Assembly: GCA_900617105.1 (NCBI GenBank)
Contig: UYFQ01000090.1
Span: 1-52,778 of the forward strand
Reading direction: 5' to 3'
DNA length: 52,778 nucleotides
From: Hydrurus foetidus
Taxonomy: Eukaryota
How positions within the stretch are numbered: position 1 is the first letter of the stretch; every line of letters starts with the position of its first letter. The translations under genes were made by a program, and so were the position numbers. The notes beneath the pieces were generated by a model. The model ran no database searches, was not told the origin of the DNA, and saw nothing but the letters and a program-made list of their open reading frames with translations. This document shows positions 23,201-33,418 of the stretch, in pieces.

Positions 23201-24550
23201 GCATTCCTGTGTTTTTGCGGTTTGTACCAATTTACACGGTTACCGTTCGGACCGAAACGGGCCCCCTCCTACTACGAGGAGCAAATGGTCACCAAAGTCC
23301 TTCAAGGCTTACTGTACGACTCCTGTGAGATGTACTTGGACGACTGCATTGTCTATGCATCGAATGAAGATCATTTCCTTACCAGGAGGTATTCCAGCGC
23401 TTCCGAGAGCGCGGCTTTCTCCAGATAGGAAAAAAAATGCGAATTTGGCCTGCCCCAGATAGAGTATGTCGGGCGCGTCATCTCTAAGGAAGGACTATCT
23501 ATGTCGATGGTCAAGATCCAATCGGTACTCAACTTTGAGAAACCGCGGAACCTTCACGCACTAAGATCCCTATTGGGACTGGTGAACTATTTCTGGGGAT
23601 TCGTACCGAATCACTCATTAATAGTAAAGCCACTTCAATACATGATCGACCATAAGGGCAAGAAGAACTCACCACTAATCTGGACACAGGGGAGTTCCGA
23701 CGCGTTCCAGGCTATCCGGAAAGCCATCTCGCATTGCCCGCTCATGCACTTTCTGGACGACACTGACGCACCTATACGGCTGTATACGGACGCTTCCGAC
23801 TACGGTATAGGCGGTGTTTTGTTCCAAATCGTCAACGATATTTGGCGACCAGTATCGTTCGTCAGCAGGTCCTTAAACGCTACCCAATCTCGTTGGTCAA
23901 CAATACAGAAGGAGGCATACGCAATCTTTCATTGCTGCCAACAGGTGGACACTCTCCTCCGCGACCGGGTGTTCACTATACACACAGATCACCTAAATCT
24001 TACGTATATGAACAACAACCCCAGTTCAATGGTCACTCGCTGGTCCATAGCGATGCAAGAACTGGACTTCAAGATCCATTTTGTTACAGGCTCCCAGAAC
24101 AAATGGGCAGACACCTTGTCACGCCTGTGTCCCAACCTCATGGAACTAGCCATGGATTACACCTCGAGGGTTATGGACGCTCCAGGTTTCATCGTAGTAG
24201 CACTCACCACCTGCCCACTTGCTTCGGAGGAAGAATCGGAGTGGATGGAGCAAGCCCACAACTTCCGCGTCGGTCACGGCGGCGTAGACCGCACGGTGCA
24301 TAAGCTGGGCCTCATGGGCTGTTCTTGGCCGTACATGCGCAACCACGTCCGGTTATTCGTACGGTATTGTCCGTGCTGCCAGAAGATGAGTGCAGTACGC
24401 ATTCCTATCAACGTACACAAGTTCACGACAGCGGGCGAGATACTTTTCGATGTTCTCAACATCGACTTCATCGGCCCCTTTCCCGACGGCACACACGTGC
24501 TTGTCATCGTCGACTCATTCTCAAGATGGACAGAGCTGTTCCAGTGCAAG
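20206..24550 (+). pseudogene. pol: gypsy gag-pol, frameshifted near 20800 and 23390
   Basis: ORFs 20206-20847, 20858-23428 and 23501-24574 carry consecutive domains. Confidence 0.9.
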
Positions 24551-25463
24551 GACAGTATGGTGGAGTCATTGTAGTCCAAATGAAGCTGGAAGTTCAAATG
24601 AAGCTGGAAGTGGCAGAAAGATAGTTAAGCTTACAATGGGAGAGAGAGGATGAGCTTGCAGAGGTGTAGAACTCTGCATGCAAGAGTTGCAAGGTAAGCT
24701 AACAAGCTGCGAGATTTCAGAAGGACTCTCAGCCACATGTACACACGGCTATACTGTACTATGGAGGGTAGGAATGTGGTACTATATCCTGTACCATCAC
24801 ATTACCCCCACTTACTCCTTTCGGAAATGACCCTAGTCTCGCTTCTCTCTTTCTGCACTACTTTATTTTAAATAAGAATAAAAAATTGAACTATCATTAA
24901 ACCAGCAAAATACATCAAGATTGTTAACAATGATGCAAATAACTACTCTAAAAGAGAGTTTGGAACTAGGTCCTCCGTGGGAGTGTCCGTGCGTCCGACA
25001 GTAGCGATCTTGACCGAGTGTGAGTATGTCAGGTTTAACTGACTAAAACCGTAAAACCCGCGTAGGATGAAAAATGGCTAAATTTTGAGCAAAATCTTAC
25101 ACCGGCATATCTTCGGTAGGAGTGCACACCGGTCCGTGCATACCGGTAGGTGTGCAGCTGGTCCGTGAGTCTCAGAGCATTCCATGGCTCCCATGAGTTA
25201 TGTTCCTCACTATAATTAAGCCACTTGACGAGGAAAGTCAATGTGGAGACCTTTTTGGTTTTGCCTTTATGAGCTGTGATCGCCTCGATGTAGAACTCCA
25301 TGTAGTCGCGGCGAGCTGAGTCCATTGGTTCGATCTTGGCCGGATCGAAAAGGAAGATCTTGAGCTTTGAAGCGTGGATCCTTTTAGTCTTTTGAGAGAC
25401 GATGTTCAAGAGTACATACTCTGTATCTCGATTGGAGATCACCTCCATCGGGCCTTGCCAGCG
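24551..25463 (-). mobile_element. 3' end of a family C chromovirus: integrase tail, chromodomain, PPT and partial 3' LTR
   Basis: RWQGPMEV..FLVKWLNYSEEHNSWEPW; PPT AAGGAGTAAGTGGGGG; LTR starts TGTGATGGTACAGG at 24801 and is an inverted homologue of 19083-19290. Confidence 0.9.
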
Positions 25464-25467
25464 TATA

Positions 25468-26284
25468 TATGTATTTATTAATCTCCCGCGAGAGTAAAAA
25501 ATCGTGATTTTGCTATGTTTTTATGGCAATTTTTGGCGTTTTTACGAGAAAATGTAACGTTTTTATACCCTTTTCTTACGTTATAATTATAACGCAATAT
25601 CAATTATTTTATTTTATAATATTTTACATATTGTATATTTACTCCATTTTAGCAGTGAAAATACTCCTTCATTTTTCTCTTTTTTTCTCACAATATCATT
25701 TTTATGTCTCTTCTAAATCATAATATCTTGACACCATTTTAGCAGTCATTTTTTTGTATCATATTTCTCTTACATTTTCTCGTAAAAACGCCAAAAATTG
25801 CCATAAAAACATAGCAAAATCACGATTTTTTACTCTCGCGGGAGATTAATAAATACTTATGTAATTACCCTATACCCCCCCCCTTGCTCGTCAGAAATGG
25901 GAGCAAATGGGAGCAATGGGAGCAATGGGAGCAAATAAATCCGTCCACAGTAGATTCTATAATTCAGAGAGGACAACGTGACTTCCTAATATCCGTGTCG
26001 TCCTCTCCATTTTTTTTCAGTGTCTCTCGATTTTATACCTCTTTTGCTCCCATTGCTCCCATTTACTCCCATTCTTACTTTTATCTTTAATATCATCTAA
26101 TTCATTCCACTATTCATTGTTCTATCATAATTTATGATAGTTCTTTTTCATTCGTAGTGTAACAAATTATTACACCCCCTTTTTTCTATCCATATATTTA
26201 CAGACCATTCTTTTACTGGATTACATTGGCAGATTTCTCACTTGGATCTATCTCAATTAGAACATCAAACGCACTAATCAGAGA
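25468..26284. repeat. left composite terminal inverted repeat of the PLV
   Basis: 25468-25856 matches the reverse complement of 43571-43951, and ~26078-26284 matches the reverse complement of ~43206-43412. The middle cassette differs between ends. Confidence 0.92.
25896..26076. repeat. iteron-like cassette: 4x ATGGGAGCA(A), spacer with stem-loop, 3x inverted TGCTCCCAT
   Basis: Directly visible; a direct-repeat homologue lies at 31906-32100. Confidence 0.88.
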
Positions 26285-26478
26285 CGCATTTATTATATTC
26301 TAACGCCCCCCGTTGTTCTCTTATCTTAAAAATCATAAAAACATTAAAGCACGTTAAACCTATTATTACCTTATCCGTAAATTTTTGTGTTAGATTGATG
26401 TGTATTTTTTTACCCATTATAATATTTGATACAAAAAAAAACTTTATACTAAAATAGCATTATATTAGTATAAATTTA

Positions 26479-27185
26479 CTAATCACATAGTTCTCTCAGA
26501 TTAGCGTCGAGAATTCCACGACGGTATTTCTGTTGTGTTGATTCGCTATGCATCATACCATCACTAAATTTTAAACGCATTTCTGGCGTTAAATCTGGTT
26601 TTTGTAAAAACTCGCTCACTTTGGAATGTCTTATATAGTTCACCCCCCCATCTATATCTATTTTTTTATTCATGTTAGTGATATAAGTACCAAGACCCGT
26701 CTCTATCTCTTCTGGAAAAAGAAAACCAAGGAGAAGATGACGGTCAGTATACGATACAATAAGAGAACACAATTCAGGAGATAATCTACGAACGATTTTT
26801 CCGTACATATTAGATGTTTTGTAATTATTAAGAGTAATATGACATTTTTCTTTTCTATGGTCAATAAACAAAATATTGTCCGTACCATTATCGTATGGAA
26901 TTATTCGTAATATTCGCAGACAACCAAAATCATCACGAGCAGTCAATTCATCATATAAACTTGCTATGAGGTATCCTTTGGAATCTTTATCATGTCCAGC
27001 GTAAATTCGGTAGGAATTATCGGTGCTGGTTCTGGTATTGCGTTTAGTTCCTTCAATTGCTCCCGACTAATTTTCATTTTGTCAAGAATTCCTTGTTTAT
27101 GCTTCAAATAATATCGTGCTTGCCGATTACGATTTTTTATGGTAATATTTGCTAATTTCTGTGCATCTTCATTTGTATCACTCAT
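26479..27185 (-). pseudogene. tyrosine recombinase, internally deleted or frameshifted
   Basis: LIASLYDELTARDD (R), NYKT (K), NYIRHS (RH), MMHS (H), QKYRR (Y). The N-terminal ORF 26964-27185 joins out of frame near 26990. Confidence 0.82.
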
Positions 27186-27430
27186 TGTATAATAGTATTC
27201 TAAAGAACTCTTTATATTCTAACGTTAGAAATTAAAGTAACATAAAGATAAAATTGTGAATAATGTAATGTATATTACCATGCAATTACCCGATGGTTAT
27301 GAAAATGAATTCATTCAATTTCGTTTTGTCTACGACAATTATCTTCGTGAAGAGATACTTAATTATGTAAAACCCGCTATTTTATGATATTATCACTTTT
27401 GTATCGAAAAATAAAGTCATTATAATATAA

Positions 27431-27601
27431 ATGAGTACAGATACTGAAGATTACAAACAAACTATTGAAGCATATGTCTTATTAATAAAAGAAAACCATA
27501 GATTAATTGCTGAAAACCAAAAACTCAATAGAGTTTTACAACATTACAAAGAAGCCATAGAATATTTGGGGTTTGGGTTATTTGATGAAGATGAAATATA
27601 A
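27431..27601 (+). CDS. small hypothetical coiled-coil protein (56 aa)
   Basis: ATG preceded by TATAATATAA, like other PLV genes; open to TAA at 27601. Confidence 0.5.
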   Translation: MSTDTEDYKQTIEAYVLLIKENHRLIAENQKLNRVLQHYKEAIEYLGFGLFDEDEI

Positions 27602-27631
27602 ATATATAGATACAAAGTAATAAAGAACAAA

Positions 27632-27886
27632 ATGAATACACAAAATGGAAATACACAAATAGATGAAATAGAACTCAAGAGGTTACGATTAATCCAAAAA
27701 CATAATTCAGAGATGTCAGATATTCAAATTGGGATACAAATGCTCAAATTAGACGAAGTACCTGACGCAGTAAGAAAAGCTCTTTATGATGAGATTACTT
27801 ATTCATTTACTGAAAAATGGAATTATTACCGAAAAGAAATGCACAAATTAGATGATGAGATTAGTGATTTAAAAAAGTATTATTAG
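27632..27886 (+). CDS. hypothetical protein
   Basis: 84 aa ORF tiling the viral gene array. Confidence 0.55.
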   Translation: MNTQNGNTQIDEIELKRLRLIQKHNSEMSDIQIGIQMLKLDEVPDAVRKALYDEITYSFTEKWNYYRKEMHKLDDEISDLKKYY

Positions 27887-28000
27887 TATACAATAAAAAC
27901 CCATTTTTACCCCATTTTTTCAATGTCCAATCAAATTGATTTGGATTTGTATCAAACTTTATAACCATATAAAGAATAAACCAGTTATATATTATACGGA

Positions 28001-28225
28001 ATGCCACCAAAACTGACAGAAGAAGAGCGAATTGCCTCAGATTTAAGAAGGGCAGAATATGCCAGAAATTGGCGTGCTAAAAATGCCGAAAAGTTTGAAG
28101 CTTATATGCATGATTAATATATTGCGAACAAGAAACTTATCAATGATAGAAGGAATGAAAACGCAAAAAAACAGCGAATTAGGGCAAAAATAACGACCCC
28201 TGAAAAAATTGATTCAAAAATTTAG
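28001..28225 (+). pseudogene. small basic protein with premature stop
   Basis: MPPKLTEEERIA..YARNWRAKN..MHD*YIANKK; the frame continues after the stop. Confidence 0.5.
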
Positions 28226-28270
28226 GAATACTTTATAAGAGTATAAAGAATTCATACAATATATTATATT

Positions 28271-29256
28271 ATGGATAATAGTGAGATTGTAAAATTACAC
28301 GTGGAAAGTAAGGTTAAATTTATTACCGATGACGATTTGAAAGTTTTTATAAAAGAAGTACAAGGGGTATTCAAGGACGAATTGGAAGAAACGATTTCGC
28401 TAGGGCAGACACATGATTGTGAACGTATTCTGGAAATACAATACATGATACGGAAATATATCATAGACAACCAGCATCGGATTAATTTCAGTGAAAATAT
28501 AACGCTCAGAGAAAGTTCACCATATTCATTGACAAGTTTATTTGGTCTTTACATGATGGTTGTAGCAGATGTTGAACCTATAAAAACCGTAGTTGATGTT
28601 TTACGACAAGTGGAGCATACTTATTACAGAAGCATGGATAGATTTATTGAAGCAGATGCAAGTGAATTATACGCAGTAAGAGCGGTATTTTATGGAACTG
28701 AAATTCATCAAAATATGTTATGTTGTTGTAGTCATAAATGTCATATTGAAAATATGGGAATTATAAAAAATATGATTACTAACTACCACGTTGTAATCGG
28801 TTGCGATTGTATTAAAAAAACTATCTCATTGATAAAGAGGTGATAAAACAAGAACAACAGAAAACTAATAAATTTCTTAAAAATAAGGAAAAATAACTTG
28901 CTATAAGAACACAAAAAAAAATAGAAAAATGTAGATTAGAAAGACGAAATGAAGAAGAATATGAAAGACGTTGTGAAATTACAAGGATAGAACTAATAAC
29001 AGTTACAGTAACAGAAAAAGAAAAAGAAGAAGATGAGAAGAAACGTGAAATAGAAAATGCAATAGTTATGAGAAGGACTGAATTGGTAAATGATATAAGG
29101 AGGAATAATTTCCCCTGTTATATCCAAGTTGGGTATCGAGATAAGGATACTGCAAAAACACTTGGAGCTTGGTGGGACAATGATGGGAGGTCATGGTATA
29201 TCCGCCCTAATTCTATGAATATTTACACATTATTAGAAAAATACTATAAATTCTAA
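28271..29256 (+). pseudogene. disrupted gene with Cys/His cluster and C-terminal DUF5710-like domain
   Basis: CCCSHKC..VIGCDCIKK, a charged linker, then YIQVGYRDKDTAKTLGAWWD..SWY. Confidence 0.6.
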
Positions 29257-29430
29257 AAAAATATATTATTATAAAATGTTTTTTTTTATGTTATTTTTAT
29301 GCAGAAATACCATACAAAAACGATGTCCAATAAAAATTGATTCTGATTTTATAAAAAGTAATAAGTATAACACAACGGAATAAGTATATAAAGAATAAAC
29401 TCCATGTATATTATCTAGCAGTAATATACA

Positions 29431-31881
29431 ATGTCCTATATTCTCAACGAACGTATTCCACTCGAAAAATCTATCTTCATTCACGAAATGCCATTCAAGG
29501 AATTCAAGCAATATTGTAAGTCATGCAGTAATGACGATGAACGCAAGATACTTTTCAATAAGATCAAGCGAATTTGTAACGAAAATATTATCAACAATGG
29601 CTCTGTTACAAGAGAGTATAAATACAGTAATTCTATGGAACATTATGGAAGGTTATGTTCCAATGGAATGCAGGGGGTCAAGAAATCATTCAGGGGGTTC
29701 TTGATGAGTGATACTACTGATATTGATATGGATAATGCTCACCCTGTAATATTGAGTTATATTTGTAAGAAAAATGAAATCGACTGTACTCATATTGATT
29801 ATTACAACAATAATCGGGAAGAAGTGCTATGTTCTTTTCCAGATAAGACAAGAGATGAAGCTAAAAAACACCTATTAAAGTGTATAAATAACGATAAACA
29901 TAACAAGAATGACAAACACGAATTCTATAGAAAATGGGATAATGAAACGAAGAAACAACAATTATCACTTGGTAATATTGAAGAGTATAAAATGATTGGT
30001 AAGACAGTACCCGATGATAGAGATTACAATATTAAAGGTTCTACTATGTCAAGAATTTTATGTACGGTTGAAGATAAGATACTACAAGTTGTACTAAAAA
30101 TTATTGAAAAAGAAAAACTTGAAACCGCTACACTGATGTACGATGGTTGTATGATTTATGGTGACCATTACAATAATAAAGAACTATTGGAGAAAATCAC
30201 AGTAGGGGTTGAAGAACAATTCGCTGGATTGAATATGAAATGGAGTTGTAAACCACACAATAAAGATATTCTTATTCCTGATGGTTGGAAATCGAAGAAA
30301 ATGGAGAAACTATTGAAGCAGACAATTCCTGTTGAAAGAAGTGAAGTAAAAGAGGTTGAAGAAATTGTAGGAGTCATGGAAGGAGATGATTCGGGTGCAT
30401 CAAAAATAATATTGAATGCTTATCCTCACTGGAAATGCTGTAATGATGTATTATACGCATTCGATGATGAGACAGGAATGTGGAGTGATAAAGTAGAGAT
30501 ACATAATCGTGTTATATCACGATATAGTGAGTATTTAGATATTATCAAAATGAATAGTGAGGGGGAACTAAAAAGAACAGGGCGTAATTACGCCAAAAAT
30601 AACCAGAAGAGAAAGGATATTTTCCCCTTTATTAGAGAGAATTGTGTTGATAATGATTGGATTGTAAGAACTGAAACATCATCTCTCGGAAAAATCCTAT
30701 TCTTAAAAGGACACTATGATTTTAAACGTTCGAAATTTATGACGGGTAAAAAAATATCCGCAACAGACGATGAAAAGAAAAACACTGACGAAGAAAACGG
30801 ATTTAACCCTGAAATCGTATTCTTTTATAGAGTCGATCATGAACTCACTGATTTTACAGATGATGATATGGAGTATATGGATTCCATACAAGAACGCCTT
30901 TTCACACTACCACTTGGTAAAGACGTCGGGGATTACCTGACCCTTAATCTAGCACGGGCTTTTTCGGGAGACATTACGATAAAAAGGATTTTGTTTGGAC
31001 TTGGTATGAGCAACAGTGGAAAGGGAATTTTGACTAAAGCCTGTCAATTATCAATGGGCCAATATTGTGGAGTTTTTACGGGTGAAAATCTTGCGTTTAA
31101 TAACGTAAATAATGATGAAGCACAGAAGATGAGATGGGCAATGCTTTTACGAAATAAACGTTTAATCATTAGTAATGAATTATCAACGAAAAAGATGTTA
31201 GATGGAAACCTTATCAAGAAATTGGCGTCTGGCGGTGATACTATACAGGGGCGATTACACGGGCAACATGAAACCGATTTTAAACCGCAATATCTTGCTA
31301 TTCTCCTTGCTAATGACATGCCAGAAATAAAACCCTTCGACACAGCAATTCAAAATAGAGTTAGGGTATATGCTTATACAAAAGCTTTCGTAGATGAACC
31401 CAGAAATGAATATGAACTGAAGAAAGACCCTAATCTTGATAATGAGATGAAATCACGCCTATTCCAGCGTTGCTTCATTGGATTACTCATTAGAAAATAT
31501 CTGGAATTCCAAGACAACGGGTGCATAGAAAATGAACCTAATGAAGTAGTAGTGGCACGTAATGATTGGATAGGTACAACTGAAGAAAACGATATTATCA
31601 ATAAATTCCAGCAGTTTTATGAAATTACAAATTGTGAAAGTGATTTTGTACCAAGTAGAGAAATTGAGAATTATATTCGCACCATGGGTGATATGTCATA
31701 TAAAAAATTTGTGATGGAATTAAAGAAAAATTGTATTTTAAAATCACTAAAAAAAGTTAAAAATGATGGGGAAACAATCAATAAAAAAAGTATCCAAGGT
31801 TGGTTTGGTATTAAACGCATTGAGGATAATATCAACCCTGATAATATCAATCCTAATGATCTCATTACTGAAGAGTTGTAG
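29431..31881 (+). CDS. TVpol (PolA-like primase/polymerase) fused to D5-like SF3 helicase
   Basis: YGRL, DIDMDNAHPVIL (motif A-like), LMYDGCMI (motif C-like); GMSNSGKG Walker A, ISNE Walker B, LLAND motif C, IKKLASGGDTIQGR. Intact 816 aa. Confidence 0.88.
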   Translation: MSYILNERIPLEKSIFIHEMPFKEFKQYCKSCSNDDERKILFNKIKRICNENIINNGSVTREYKYSNSMEHYGRLCSNGMQGVKKSFRGFLMSDTTDIDMDNAHPVILSYICKKNEIDCTHIDYYNNNREEVLCSFPDKTRDEAKKHLLKCINNDKHNKNDKHEFYRKWDNETKKQQLSLGNIEEYKMIGKTVPDDRDYNIKGSTMSRILCTVEDKILQVVLKIIEKEKLETATLMYDGCMIYGDHYNNKELLEKITVGVEEQFAGLNMKWSCKPHNKDILIPDGWKSKKMEKLLKQTIPVERSEVKEVEEIVGVMEGDDSGASKIILNAYPHWKCCNDVLYAFDDETGMWSDKVEIHNRVISRYSEYLDIIKMNSEGELKRTGRNYAKNNQKRKDIFPFIRENCVDNDWIVRTETSSLGKILFLKGHYDFKRSKFMTGKKISATDDEKKNTDEENGFNPEIVFFYRVDHELTDFTDDDMEYMDSIQERLFTLPLGKDVGDYLTLNLARAFSGDITIKRILFGLGMSNSGKGILTKACQLSMGQYCGVFTGENLAFNNVNNDEAQKMRWAMLLRNKRLIISNELSTKKMLDGNLIKKLASGGDTIQGRLHGQHETDFKPQYLAILLANDMPEIKPFDTAIQNRVRVYAYTKAFVDEPRNEYELKKDPNLDNEMKSRLFQRCFIGLLIRKYLEFQDNGCIENEPNEVVVARNDWIGTTEENDIINKFQQFYEITNCESDFVPSREIENYIRTMGDMSYKKFVMELKKNCILKSLKKVKNDGETINKKSIQGWFGIKRIEDNINPDNINPNDLITEEL

Positions 31882-31905
31882 AAAGACAAAAAAAAACTTT
31901 CCTAG

Positions 31906-32100
31906 TAATGGGAGCAAATGGGAGCAAATGGGAGGAATGGGAGCAATGGGAGCAAATAAACCGTCACTATGTACATTCTAAAAATACGTGACGACGAGAC
32001 GTCGTTTATGACTTCCTAATAAACGTCGTCTTCTTTTTTTTTAGTATCTCTGGATTTTTAATCTCTTTTGCTCCCATTGCACCCATTTGCTCCCATTCTT
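31906..32100. repeat. second iteron-like cassette immediately downstream of the helicase gene
   Basis: 5x ATGGGAG(C/G)A, central CGTTTAT-GACTTCCTA-ATAAACG stem-loop, 3x inverted units. Confidence 0.88.
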
Positions 32101-32113
32101 AATATTATATTAG

Positions 32114-32626
32114 TTATACCTTATAAACAATTTCTCCGACATATTTCTTCTTGTTCTTCATTATAGTATCGTATTGTTTGTTTATAGAATCGAGTGAGAA
32201 TTCGTGTAAGACCCCGCCATATTCGGTTTGTACCTGTCTGAATGCGTTTTGTAATTGTGTCCAATTTGCGTAGAACCATTCACTTTTCATACTTGGGCGT
32301 GAGGGAAATATAAGCATTTTTGCGTCAGTTTCTTTTAAATTAGCGATAAGTTTCTTTTCCATTTGCCTGTATATTTTCTTTTTGTCTTCTCCATTTTGTA
32401 TCCTTGGGTAAGATAAGAAAAAGCAGATGTAGAGACCAAGTGGGTAGTACGTGTGGTAATTCTCTATACGCCCCGCTAGATCTTGTGAAGTCATACCGAC
32501 CTTGAATACAGCATTTTTTTTCTTGTCTAATTTTTCGAACGGTAGGAGACAATACAATCCGTTTTTACCTTTGAGGAACAGTTCATCATGTGTCACATTA
32601 TACTTCTTTATCTTAACGGGAACCAT
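32114..32626 (-). CDS. GIY-YIG superfamily (T5orf172-like) protein
   Basis: GLYCL..VFKVGMT..LAGRI..MEKKL..SEWF pattern. Confidence 0.75.
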   Translation of the reverse strand: MVPVKIKKYNVTHDELFLKGKNGLYCLLPFEKLDKKKNAVFKVGMTSQDLAGRIENYHTYYPLGLYICFFLSYPRIQNGEDKKKIYRQMEKKLIANLKETDAKMLIFPSRPSMKSEWFYANWTQLQNAFRQVQTEYGGVLHEFSLDSINKQYDTIMKNKKKYVGEIVYKV

Positions 32627-32910
32627 TATAATATGGAAGTATATTTTTACTCACTCAAAATCACGGAATAAATTCACCACTCAAAATCACGAAAATTATC
32701 GAAAAACCGTAAAAATTAGTCCCCCCTTTTTTTGGCAAAATCTCGTCGTTTTAGACCTAAATCCGATAAATTTTTTTGGGGGGACTAAAAAGTGTCCGTT
32801 AAAGATTTTTAGTTTCGTCCTTTTTGGTCGAAACTTGAGTGGTAAAAACACCGATGTACGTTTTTTCGTTTTTTTGTATCTCTTATTTTATTTTCTATAT
32901 TTAGTATAAT

Positions 32911-33393
32911 ATGCCAAGAAAAGTCGTTGATAAGTTAGAATCTTTAGTAGAAGAAGTCCCCGTAATGGTAGATATTCCCGAAGATAGTGAAGTAGAAGAA
33001 GAACCAAAGACGATAGAAAAGAGTAAGAAACCACGTACGGAAAAACAGAAAGAGGCGTTTTTGAAGGTCATCGAGAAACGAACGGAAGCGAGAGCTATAC
33101 GAGCAAATAATAGAGAGAAGGAAGCGAAGGAGAAAGCAGAAACCGATGCGAAGGAGGCACTGGAGAGAAAGAAGTTGCTGGAGAAAAAGATTGTGAAAAA
33201 AGCAAATATTATTGCGAAAAAGGAATTGAAGAAGCATATTGCCCTTGATGATATTAGCAGTGATGAAGATGAGAGTGACTCTGAAGTAAAAAAGGAACTT
33301 GTACGGTTCAAGAGGTCAGTTGTGGAAAAAGTGATGAAAACAACAGTTCCAGCAGTTCCGGTTCCAGTTGTACCAAAATACAGATTCGTGTAG
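32911..33393 (+). CDS. Lys/Glu-rich coiled-coil hypothetical protein
   Basis: 160 aa, KKPRTEKQKEAF motif, TATAATATG start, directly upstream of the ATPase. Confidence 0.7.
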   Translation: MPRKVVDKLESLVEEVPVMVDIPEDSEVEEEPKTIEKSKKPRTEKQKEAFLKVIEKRTEARAIRANNREKEAKEKAETDAKEALERKKLLEKKIVKKANIIAKKELKKHIALDDISSDEDESDSEVKKELVRFKRSVVEKVMKTTVPAVPVPVVPKYRFV

Positions 33394-33418
33394 ATAAAAT
33401 AGCAGTATACTACATAAA

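Larger units (their letters stand above)
19083..24550 (+). mobile_element. Ty3/gypsy retrotransposon (family C): 5' LTR, PBS, gag, PR-RT-RH-IN, truncated within integrase
   Basis: LTR TGTGAT...AATCA 19083-19405; CCHC knuckle CQCCGFATHRVADC; LLDTGS; YLDD; YTDASDYGIG; HHCC; LNIDFIGP. Confidence 0.93.

Noticed and set aside
25523..25723. ORF duplicated in both TIRs (also 43714-43896)
   Set aside because: Low-complexity translation of AT-rich terminal repeats; the indel between copies changes the frame.
25896..26076. CRISPR-like or telomeric array
   Set aside because: Units are 9-10 bp, have no unique spacers, are arranged convergently and lie internally; no cas genes are present.
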